A stretch of DNA of 64,000 nt from a virus. Below the pieces are notes generated by a model that was not told the origin of the DNA, made no database searches, and was given only the letters and a program-made list of their open reading frames with translations. The stretch lies in IMG/VR virus record IMGVR_UViG_3300028048_000003; one strand, 5' to 3'. Shown here piece after piece: positions 20,200 to 27,765 of this stretch. The position numbers and the translations under genes are program-made. The first letter of the stretch is position 1. Every line of letters begins with the position of its first letter.

Positions 20200-20450
20200 T
20201 TTTATAAAGAATCTGAGAGTAATAACAGGAGGTCGGCATTGGATGCGATGAGGACATGAAGCGATGATTTTGTGACCATGTTTTCGTGCTCCTTGTGATG
20301 CTCCAGAGCAAAGATGTCATTTTTCGCGTTTTTTACGATAAAAATTACCCTCAATTTTGACACGCGATAACTTATACCTGTGAAAGATTCGAGAGGAATT
20401 TCCGTCGTAAATTTACGAGGGAAATCCGCTTAAAATCGATTTTACGTTAA

Positions 20451-20738
20451 TTACCTACCCCCTTTTCCCTTGTTGAGAGTCTTCATAGCAGCAGAACGAG
20501 CTTTTTTTGTGCTGTCAGAAATACTATTTTTCCCACGTCGGAATGTAAGCAGCTTCTTCGGAACTCGATATTCTACTGCCCAGATGTGTCGATTGGTCTT
20601 GAATACCTGATAGCGCGGGTAAATCTTGTCCAGCTTCGTAATCATCTTCGTGTCGCTTGTCCAAATTCTCATCTCGTCAGGCTCTCGCTCAAACTCAATA
20701 ACGGTTTCTTGTTCTTCTTTTGCTGTGTACTCTTTCAT
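20451..20738 (-). CDS. hypothetical protein (95 aa)
   Basis: ATG at 20738 preceded by AAAGGAG. Basic C-terminus. Confidence 0.55.
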   Translation of the reverse strand: MKEYTAKEEQETVIEFEREPDEMRIWTSDTKMITKLDKIYPRYQVFKTNRHIWAVEYRVPKKLLTFRRGKNSISDSTKKARSAAMKTLNKGKGGR

Positions 20739-21243
20739 GTAAACTCCTTTCAGTGTTCGTCTAAAGCCGAATTGTCTTTTCCAGACAATCAAATGTTTGC
20801 TAATCGAGGAAATAGGGTTGTGACTGCCTACAAGCGGCGTAGCCGCATACCTAGCCATATAGATATACTTATACCTATTAGTCGCGCGAAGGGGCTTAGA
20901 GCGAATGTCAGGCGGTCGGTTTTTATCGACGGCGTGGCTTCGTGATACGCCCGAGCGCGTGGCGAGCGGAACACACCCCTTAGTTCGTCTGCTTGATATA
21001 TAAATACATCTACACAGATGGAAACATGAATGTTTCTTTTGCTAATCTCTTACAGAGAGTTTTACTAATCGGAGAAGTTGGTCGGGGGAGGCTTGCCAAA
21101 GCCGACACCGATATTATTTATTTAAGATATACGTAGTATAGATTAAATAAATAATACATTCTATTAACACCCTTGTATGTATGTATATATATTAGGTGAC
21201 ATAAAAATTACGCCATAGAGCGCTGCCTGTCAGATTTGCCCCC

Positions 21244-21495
21244 TCAGATGGTGATTTTTAGTCGATACAGAGACGGGACTCCCTGCTGGCGCGATGGCCT
21301 ATATCCAATCATTCCCTTCTCGATTAGTTCCCTTCTTGCTCTCTGTACTGTACAAATACTCATCCCAATATCCTTAGCCGCCTGACGGTCTGTGTAACAG
21401 AACTCTCCTTCTCTGCCCTTCCAAGACAGAATGAGAAACAGTTTCAATGCCGATGGCGAGGTTTCCTTGATTCTCTTGATAAATTCGTAGTTCAC
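21244..21495 (-). CDS. winged-helix/HTH DNA-binding protein
   Basis: 83 aa with a GTG start after AGGAGG. HTH-like segment: TDRQAAKDIGMSICTVQRARRELIEKGMI. Confidence 0.6.
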   Translation of the reverse strand: MNYEFIKRIKETSPSALKLFLILSWKGREGEFCYTDRQAAKDIGMSICTVQRARRELIEKGMIGYRPSRQQGVPSLYRLKITI

Positions 21496-21540
21496 TTCTT
21501 CCTCCTGTGATTCTTCTTCGTATCCTTATGGCATAAAATC

Positions 21541-21639
21541 CCTCTCATATATTATCCGCGGTGACTTTTCAACCAAAAACACGCTCAAACACATTAAAAT
21601 TACATTAGAATTATATTACAGAAAGCTATAAGACTTAAC
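21541..21639 (-). promoter_or_regulatory. conserved promoter-proximal element, copy B (upstream of the HTH gene)
   Basis: Same blocks, in the same order, as copy A at 20094-20199. Confidence 0.55.
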
Positions 21640-21668
21640 ATGATGTAATGCTACCCCGTAACACTCAA

Positions 21669-21920
21669 TCATACTGCCTTGACATCCCTTTTGCCATGCG
21701 CCCTCGGCGGCTCTGAAATTGCCCCCTTTTCGTGATACCTGACACTAGCGCGTAACACCGTGAGTAACGCCAAAAATTGCTGCTCATGTACACCCTCAAC
21801 AGACACCATTTTCCTCGATTCGTAAACTAAAAAACGCAAAGTGCTTGACGATGTATACGAGAATAAAGCGCCCCGTAGCTTGATCAAGTGTTTTTTGCAG
21901 GTCTGCCGAAAATTGCCCAC
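21669..21920 (-). CDS. doubtful ORF (83 aa)
   Basis: ORF-track entry only. It has a GTG start, a weak ribosome-binding site and no recognisable motif. Confidence 0.2.
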   Translation of the reverse strand: MGNFRQTCKKHLIKLRGALFSYTSSSTLRFLVYESRKMVSVEGVHEQQFLALLTVLRASVRYHEKGAISEPPRAHGKRDVKAV

Positions 21921-22050
21921 TCCCGACCCAATCCTTTAGCTAACTAAAGAGGCCGCGAGGCCTTGTGGCACTAGGGCTGACGGCGTTTTCACGTTGCATA
22001 ATTGATATTATAAAACGATTGATAATAATTCCCAATTAATATGGTTAATC

Positions 22051-22067
22051 AAATTGTCTGACAATTT
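22051..22067. repeat. perfect 17-bp palindrome AAATTGTC-T-GACAATTT (operator-like)
   Basis: Read directly. A second copy (ATTGTCTGACAAT) lies at 22561-22573 and a related half-site pair at about 23049-23066. Confidence 0.7.
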
Positions 22068-22266
22068 CTTATTGATAGATTTTCTCATTTACTTTGACCT
22101 TTTGTCCTATATCATTTCTGCATATTATACGCGCGTATTATGCCTTTTTTGTATGTACGCCCACAGTGGACACGTTACTAAAATATACCCCTCTAGGGTA
22201 TACTAAAGTCAAACTTAAATTTACACTCATTTTATCCAATTCAATTTAGCTAAATCGTTTTTATCC

Positions 22267-22379
22267 CTAGTAGTATCAAGGCTTTTCGCGCAGCCGAATC
22301 CCATTTAGTAATATCCTTTGTTACATAATCATATCTAGTATCATTAGGTCATATTCAATCATACCTAGTAATACCTTTG
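22267..22379. repeat. iteron-like direct repeats built on CTAGTA
   Basis: TAGTAATA(T)CCTTTG occurs at 22306 and 22366. AATCATA(T/C)CTAGTA occurs at 22327 and 22357. CTAGTA or TTAGTA occurs at 22267, 22305, 22335 and 22365, a spacing of about 30 bp. Confidence 0.6.
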
Positions 22380-22500
22380 CATATCGGAGAAGTATGTTTT
22401 AGTTCGCTAAAGTAAATAGTATTCATACTTGATTGCTATGTTTTAGTAAAGTAAAGAAACAGGAAAATAGTCCTATCAAGCGCCCGAAACCCTTATAATC

Positions 22501-22613
22501 ACTAGCTTTATCGCCCTTGTACTCTCTCAATGCACATTTGTTTTGCCTTATCAAATTATTATTGTCTGACAATTTATTTTTCTCAATGCCCGCCAGCCCT
22601 TGTATTTACTAGC
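22501..22613. repeat. ordered word array around the second palindrome
   Basis: Left of the palindrome, ACTAGC, GCCCTTGTA and TCTCAATGC sit at 22501, 22513 and 22525. To its right the same three words appear in reversed order at 22581, 22596 and 22608. All copies are in direct orientation. Confidence 0.6.
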
Positions 22614-22810
22614 CTCATCACTGTTTTCTATCTTTTTCTAATAAAATAAAATATCCATGCTCACATATCAACGCCTCTCCAGCCCAATAACTACGCCGCC
22701 TGATAGCCTTTTCGATTAGCAAAAAATCAACTGTTTCTCTCATATAAAAAATATACGCGAGGAAATCCCTTATTGATAATATTTCTCAAAAGAATTAAAA
22801 ATAAAAATGC

Positions 22811-22838
22811 TTGCACGTTATTCGTCGTGGGGTATAAC
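22811..22838 (+). promoter_or_regulatory. rightward early promoter (sigma70-type)
   Basis: TTGCAC (22811-22816), 16-nt spacer, TATAAC (22833-22838), at the AT-rich to GC-rich transition. Confidence 0.45.
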
Positions 22839-22844
22839 AAGGTT

Positions 22845-23450
22845 GTCCTTGAGATACGGAAGAAACAAGGGAGGCAAGAAAGAGAACCGTATCAAGAGAG
22901 GAAGCGCGGTTTTCCATTAGGCCGTGACAAGTAAATAATGACGCGCGACGCTCGCGGAAAATGACGTATAGACGTTGGAAACGTCGATAAACACAAAGCC
23001 CGACCGGAGACGAAAACCCCGCCGTAGTTCCTTCTAGTGATAGTTCTTTGACAATTTCATATTGTACGGAGGAAGTATCCTCTTTGAAGGGTTTGTATTG
23101 CCCGCGATGTTATTTCCGTCTGGCCAGCAGGCTGGATTGGATAGACGGAGCGCCCAGGCAATCGTGCAAATCTGGAAAAGTGTAACGCGAGTATCCTATA
23201 CAATATGATACCATATCGACGCATAAGTTTCGGGAACAGGGGAGACAGCCGCGGGCTGGAAAACCAGCTATCAACGCCGCCTTGTCTCTCACACGAGAAC
23301 CGGCCCGAAAAGACAGCACGGAGGGCGTTTACCGCGTCCGCTTGTTGGCAGCACGCTATTAATTTTAATAGTGCCGTAGGTCGAACACCAGGCTTTTAGC
23401 TGGGCAGTCACCGACCAAAAAACCCTATCAGCGGGGAGAAATCCCCGCTT
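22845..23450 (+). ncRNA. candidate large structured non-coding RNA, or a very long structured leader
   Basis: About 600 nt with no credible ORF and higher GC than its surroundings. At least 10 hairpins or helices can be read by eye; coordinates are given in the findings. It ends in a terminator-type hairpin. Confidence 0.45.
23430..23449 (+). terminator. hairpin T0: AGCGGGGA-gaaa-TCCCCGCT followed by TT
   Basis: 8-bp GC-rich stem with a GAAA loop. Flanked by ACCGACCA (23410-23417) and GTGCCGAG (23456-23463). Confidence 0.5.
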
Positions 23451-23535
23451 TCATCGTGCCGAGCAGGTGAGAGTCTGCAAGGCGCGCCTAATTTTTGCCA
23501 AGTCAACCTAGATAATGAATAAGGAGGGGCTATCT

Positions 23536-23964
23536 ATGAAAATCAAGTTCTACGAGCAGGCGGGGACGCTCCACATTATCCCAGAGCGCAAGCACGAGAT
23601 TCTCCATGGAATATGGAACGCCGTCCGCGATTGCCGCGACGCGATGAAGTGGACGGACGTGCCGCGCCGCAATCGCGGCAACGGCGTTCAAAAACCGCAG
23701 GTCAAGCGCCCGGCGCCGAAGTGCTTTATCCCGCCAGACAAGACGGTGGGTAGTCGCGAATACAAAATCGGCCGCAAGGGAAAAGTGATTTTCCGCTTTG
23801 ATTGGCACATCATCACGTTTTCACGCGACCGGCGCCGTCACGAGTGGAAAGTCACGCCCGAACAGTTCGCCGCGGCAGAATACGGCCTAAAGATGGGAAA
23901 ATTTGCCAATCTGGGAATTTTCTGCCAGCAGTTCATGCTCGCCGGTATGAAGGAGGTACACTAA
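23536..23964 (+). CDS. hypothetical protein (142 aa, GC-rich island)
   Basis: ATG at 23536, 8 nt after AAGGAGG. Basic protein. Confidence 0.6.
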   Translation: MKIKFYEQAGTLHIIPERKHEILHGIWNAVRDCRDAMKWTDVPRRNRGNGVQKPQVKRPAPKCFIPPDKTVGSREYKIGRKGKVIFRFDWHIITFSRDRRRHEWKVTPEQFAAAEYGLKMGKFANLGIFCQQFMLAGMKEVH

Positions 23965-24230
23965 TGATTGCACTGAGAATCACCATTAACGGGCGCTACG
24001 TCCCATGGGAAATTGACTGGAACGGCGAGACGGCCGTCCTTGCGGAGACAGGCGAAATCATTTTCAGCCGTGAAGAAGGCCTCATGCCGTACTGGGAGGA
24101 GTTCTTTACGCGGCTTTGCGGCTGGGTATCAGAAATCGACGTGCGCGAAGTCGATATCGAGACGGCGGCGATGATTCCGCGCCGTAGCCTCAGCCGAACC
24201 GCGCGTGAAATGAGAAAGGGGAAGTGCTAA
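23964..24230 (+). CDS. hypothetical protein (88 aa)
   Basis: The start overlaps the upstream stop as TAATG. AGGAGG lies 7 nt upstream. Confidence 0.55.
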   Translation: MIALRITINGRYVPWEIDWNGETAVLAETGEIIFSREEGLMPYWEEFFTRLCGWVSEIDVREVDIETAAMIPRRSLSRTAREMRKGKC

Positions 24231-24243
24231 ACCGACCATTTTT

Positions 24244-24264
24244 GCGCCCGCCGGCGCCGCTTTT
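24244..24264 (+). terminator. weak hairpin T1: GCGCC-cgcc-GGCGC then cgcTTTT
   Basis: Preceded by the ACCGACCA box (24231-24238). Confidence 0.3.
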
Positions 24265-24365
24265 CCAGCTTGAACGTTTTACGAGCCTACGCGGATTTTC
24301 CCGATTCGCATAGGTTTGCTAATGCTGTCAAGCAGATGTTTTCTCTATCAAGGGAGGTAACAATT

Positions 24366-24614
24366 ATGGAATTTGTACTGTATCAGTCCGCTAATAGCAC
24401 TGGAGTTGTGTTCCTTATGGACGAGGGCTCCGCGCGTGACCTTTTGGCGGTTCATGCCGAACAGGATGAGCGGGCCGCGGCTGGTAACTTTTTCGGCGCG
24501 GAGTGCCTCGATGAGGCGCTGGATTCAATCTGGGATAACGCAACCGTCCTAGAGAAGACGCGCGACAAGCGAGCTATTGCGGCGCTCAAGCAGCAGTATA
24601 AGGAGGTGTGCTGA
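24366..24614 (+). CDS. hypothetical protein (82 aa)
   Basis: ATG 8 nt after AGGGAGG. Confidence 0.55.
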   Translation: MEFVLYQSANSTGVVFLMDEGSARDLLAVHAEQDERAAAGNFFGAECLDEALDSIWDNATVLEKTRDKRAIAALKQQYKEVC

Positions 24615-24619
24615 TAAAG

Positions 24620-24766
24620 ATGAGCTGGCAACAGAGAGAAGCACGAACGGCGCACAAGGTGTATCAGCGTCAGTTATTGATGAGGCGCTACATTTCCCGT
24701 CGTGTCGCTTTTATGCGTGCTTGGTACATCATGGGATATAAAGTAGCTATGCCGATTCGGAAATGA
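24620..24766 (+). CDS. possible small basic protein (48 aa)
   Basis: Below the ORF-track cutoff. ATG 13 nt after AGGAGG. Arg-rich. Confidence 0.3.
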   Translation: MSWQQREARTAHKVYQRQLLMRRYISRRVAFMRAWYIMGYKVAMPIRK

Positions 24767-24823
24767 AGAAAGGAGGCGTTGTTGAATAAGTGCAAGTTCT
24801 GAAATGAAACAAGGCAGAAAGAA

Positions 24824-24852
24824 AACCGCCTATCTGTAAAGGGTAGGCGGTT
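24824..24852 (+). terminator. hairpin T2: AACCGCCTA ... TAGGCGGTT followed by a T-run
   Basis: 9-bp stem followed by TTTATTGTGCCGTG (box at 24858-24865). Confidence 0.6.
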
Positions 24853-24895
24853 TTATTGTGCCGTGTTTCAACTATCAAAAAAGGAGTGTTTAACT

Positions 24896-25291
24896 ATGGC
24901 AACAGTAGCAGAAATTCGCGAGGCAATCAAGGAGAGAAAAGCCCGCTCGGCGTGGAACAGAGGAGTAAAAGAGTATATGCAGGAGTTCCTCGACGACGTG
25001 AAGTTCCACCGCAAACTCGACGAGAATGACGAGGTAGCTCCCGTGAGTAAGAAGGAACTTCTCAACGGTGCAAAGAGCTGGCAACAGTATAGCGAGGGAG
25101 GCTCTTCCCTCGTCTATGCTGAAGATATTTGCGAACGTCTCTGCACACCGTCGTTTCAGAAAAAGAAGAAGGATGGCGAACTTCCTCCGAATAGCATGGA
25201 GACGTGGCTCGACGTACAGGCGCACGCACTCTTCGTCGCCGCTTTCCGTTTCATTCTCCTTGTAAAGAGGATGAGTAAGAGGGAGGAGTGA
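24896..25291 (+). CDS. hypothetical protein (131 aa)
   Basis: ATG 9 nt after AAGGAG. Confidence 0.6.
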   Translation: MATVAEIREAIKERKARSAWNRGVKEYMQEFLDDVKFHRKLDENDEVAPVSKKELLNGAKSWQQYSEGGSSLVYAEDICERLCTPSFQKKKKDGELPPNSMETWLDVQAHALFVAAFRFILLVKRMSKREE

Positions 25292-25323
25292 CCGAACCGA
25301 CCATTTTCCGCGCGTCCGTAAAG

Positions 25324-25359
25324 AAAGCCTAGCAGCATTTAGGCGTTGCTGGGCTTTTT
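25324..25359 (+). terminator. hairpin T3: AAAGCCTAGCA ... TGCTGGGCTTT then TT
   Basis: 11-bp stem (one G-U pair) plus a T-run. Preceded by ACCGACCA (25296-25303). Confidence 0.6.
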
Positions 25360-25395
25360 CAATATCAAAATCTGAATAGGTCTGGAGGAAACAGC

Positions 25396-25752
25396 ATGGA
25401 AGAGATTTTAAAAAAAAGCTATAAGGGTGAGAACCTCTATGCAAGGCTATGCAACGAGGAAGCTCAATCCTTTATGAAATGTTATTGGTCGGACTGTGTT
25501 CTCTCTATGGAGGAGATTATGGAGGCGCAGAAGGAGGGCGAGACGGCGTTCATCGTTGTTTTTCGCAAGCTGGGAGCGGAGCTTTTCCCTGTAAAGAAGG
25601 GAGTGAGTAAAAGATTCTCATTCTACAAGAAAAACGAACCAGAGGCGAAAGTGTTCTTGCTAGACTATGATTCCGAATGTGTATATTCCCTCTCGTGGGA
25701 TGAAGCGGAGGCAATTCTAGGGAACAAAGTTTTGAGGAGGTTCTATCTGTAA
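25396..25752 (+). CDS. hypothetical protein (118 aa)
   Basis: GGAGGA ribosome-binding site. Confidence 0.6.
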   Translation: MEEILKKSYKGENLYARLCNEEAQSFMKCYWSDCVLSMEEIMEAQKEGETAFIVVFRKLGAELFPVKKGVSKRFSFYKKNEPEAKVFLLDYDSECVYSLSWDEAEAILGNKVLRRFYL

Positions 25753-25772
25753 AAATCAAGACAAAACCATAG

Positions 25773-25800
25773 CCAGTTACATTGTGGTGTAACTGGTTTT
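25773..25800 (+). terminator. hairpin T4: CCAGTTACA ... TGTAACTGG followed by TTTT
   Basis: 9-bp stem followed by ATTTTGCCGTG (box at 25804-25811). Confidence 0.6.
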
Positions 25801-25841
25801 ATTTTGCCGTGATTTTATGTATAGGTTAGGAGGAATTTATT

Positions 25842-26219
25842 ATGACGTATGAAGAACTTGCCGTGATTCTTGGTGTGAAGAAAAAATGGTATCGCGAAAA
25901 ACGCGACAGAGAGGAATGGTTTCTCGGCTACCGTGACCTCGTTGTGAGTGGCACAAATGGATGGAGCGACCGCGAGTGTGTATGGTTCCATGAGGGAAAA
26001 GAACTGCACTTTCTCGAACCGTTCCTGATTGATGATTTGTATGTAATCTGGAATGAAATACACCGCGAGGAATCCGACGATGAAGATGCCTTCGACGTGT
26101 GGCTGAAAACTATGGAAGGTCATGCGGAGATAGAAGAGGGATTGTATATTTTGCTTGACGCAGCAGAGCAGAACGCCCGCGATGGTGTTGCAGATAGACA
26201 GCTTTATGTAGAGGAATAA
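25842..26219 (+). CDS. hypothetical protein (125 aa)
   Basis: AGGAGGA ribosome-binding site. Acidic protein. Confidence 0.6.
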   Translation: MTYEELAVILGVKKKWYREKRDREEWFLGYRDLVVSGTNGWSDRECVWFHEGKELHFLEPFLIDDLYVIWNEIHREESDDEDAFDVWLKTMEGHAEIEEGLYILLDAAEQNARDGVADRQLYVEE

Positions 26220-26225
26220 GGAGGT

Positions 26226-26486
26226 ATGGCTAAAATGATTGAAATGATGGCAAGTGCAAGGTGCAAGAAGTACCTGAGCCAATCGGAGGAGGAACTGGAG
26301 AAGGTGAAATATGCGGTGCGCCGTGCCAAACTGAGCATTGTGGCCGTCGAGCGCCAGTTAGAGATGGGAGTGAATCCCAAATCAAATATTTCCGAATTGT
26401 TAAAACTCGTCAGGTCTATGGAGACAAGTTCCACTATGGCAAGCGTGGCCGAAAAGGCCGCGCGGTTCTATGGTGACGCTGTGTAA
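26226..26486 (+). CDS. hypothetical protein (86 aa)
   Basis: AAGGAGG ribosome-binding site. Helical and charged. Confidence 0.55.
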   Translation: MAKMIEMMASARCKKYLSQSEEELEKVKYAVRRAKLSIVAVERQLEMGVNPKSNISELLKLVRSMETSSTMASVAEKAARFYGDAV

Positions 26487-26499
26487 AGGAGGAATAAAA

Positions 26500-27096
26500 A
26501 TGCGTACTATTACCACGACAACTACCACTACGGTCTATAAATTCGATGAGTTATCAGAGGAGGCAAAGGAAAAAGTCATCGAGGACGCTAGAGATTTTGA
26601 AGCGGAATATACCTTAGAGGAAATTGTCGCTTGTATGGCATCTGCTATGGACAAGATGGGAATTACCATCAAAGATTATTCCATTAACATTGACGGCAGT
26701 GGATATATTAACTTGTCCGTAGTGGACGATGACCTTGAAGGTGTCAGGGCATATCGGTATATCGTAAACAACTTCTTTAGCGAGGTGAATAAGAAGAAAC
26801 TCTACTATAAGGAATGGAAAAAACGCAGAAAGTCTGACCTTGATAGGAAAGACTGGATGGATAACTGCCCGTTCTCTGGATTGTGCTATGACTTCGCAAT
26901 TCAGTCGGCATGGGAAGATTTCTGTGCAGAGTTAAAACAGGGAGAACGCCCAACTGTTCGTGACTTTCTTGACAAGTTGGAATGGGCTTATCTAAAGGAA
27001 CAGTCCGATGAGTATTACGGCTTCGATGAAGATGCCGCAAGAGAGTTTTCCGAGGCGAACGAATATGAATACCTTGAGGACGGAACTATTTACTAA
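26500..27096 (+). CDS. hypothetical acidic protein (198 aa)
   Basis: ATG at 26500 after AAGGAGGA. The N-terminus has a run of seven threonines (T7). Confidence 0.6.
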   Translation: MRTITTTTTTTVYKFDELSEEAKEKVIEDARDFEAEYTLEEIVACMASAMDKMGITIKDYSINIDGSGYINLSVVDDDLEGVRAYRYIVNNFFSEVNKKKLYYKEWKKRRKSDLDRKDWMDNCPFSGLCYDFAIQSAWEDFCAELKQGERPTVRDFLDKLEWAYLKEQSDEYYGFDEDAAREFSEANEYEYLEDGTIY

Positions 27097-27123
27097 TTAA
27101 GCAATCATAGGGAGGAATAAAAA

Positions 27124-27486
27124 ATGTTGAATCACAACAAGAAAGAGTTTAAGAAAAAAGTACAGGCGTATTTCCTTGAGCACGTCCGCGATGAGTTTGA
27201 TGGTGATATTCTTGAGGACTACGCCGCGTACGCAAGCGGATGGAAGGGAGAGGAAAATTGGTACTACCGTTCCCAGATGAAATGGGTAGGCTTTCTGAAA
27301 GCTACCTGTTTCGGTACTCCCTCCACTGATGAGCAGGAGGAACTGATTAAGGAATGGGAGGAATCGAGCCAGACGAAAAAGGTCAAGGATATGGCAGAGT
27401 ATTTCTATTCTACAATCTTCATTTGTGCCGTTAAACCGTACCTCGAAAAACGCGGTGTTTATTACGTAGAAGTGAAGAACAAGTAA
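27124..27486 (+). CDS. hypothetical protein (120 aa)
   Basis: GGGAGGA ribosome-binding site. Confidence 0.6.
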   Translation: MLNHNKKEFKKKVQAYFLEHVRDEFDGDILEDYAAYASGWKGEENWYYRSQMKWVGFLKATCFGTPSTDEQEELIKEWEESSQTKKVKDMAEYFYSTIFICAVKPYLEKRGVYYVEVKNK

Positions 27487-27499
27487 GGGAGGAAAAACA

Positions 27500-27703
27500 A
27501 TGGAAAGTGTGACAGTTCACATTAGCGGACGAGCGGCTGCGGTAGTTCGCGCATATATGGAAGAATACAAGGAAGCCAACCTCACATTTATGGAAGCGCT
27601 CGACAACTTGTTAAAGGCAACTTATTTCTTTCGTGTGAGGATGGGAATTAAGTGGGAAGAAGTTGTGCCTTATGTTGATGAGGAGGAGAAGGAAGTCTTG
27701 TAA
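27500..27703 (+). CDS. hypothetical protein (67 aa)
   Basis: GGGAGGA ribosome-binding site. Confidence 0.5.
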   Translation: MESVTVHISGRAAAVVRAYMEEYKEANLTFMEALDNLLKATYFFRVRMGIKWEEVVPYVDEEEKEVL

Positions 27704-27734
27704 AGTAATTTAAGGCAACTAATCAAGGTACACG

Positions 27735-27765
27735 AAGCCGCTTATCATAATTGGTAGGCGGCTTT
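27735..27765 (+). terminator. hairpin T5: AAGCCGCTTA ... TAGGCGGCTT followed by T
   Basis: 10-bp stem followed by TATTGTGCCGTG (box at 27769-27776). Confidence 0.6.

Noticed and set aside
23110-23399. ORFs of 69 aa (minus) and 64 aa (plus) inside the candidate structured RNA, and a 33-codon TTG ORF with a CPRC motif at about 23085.
   Set aside because: None has a properly spaced ribosome-binding site. They overlap each other on opposite strands and are Arg/Ser/Cys-rich like random GC-rich frames. The region is better explained as RNA.
24890-26434. Minus-strand ORFs (184, 155, 76 aa and others) within the plus-strand early operon.
   Set aside because: The plus-strand ORFs each have strong AAGGAGG sites and tight packing. 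The antisense ORFs have neither.
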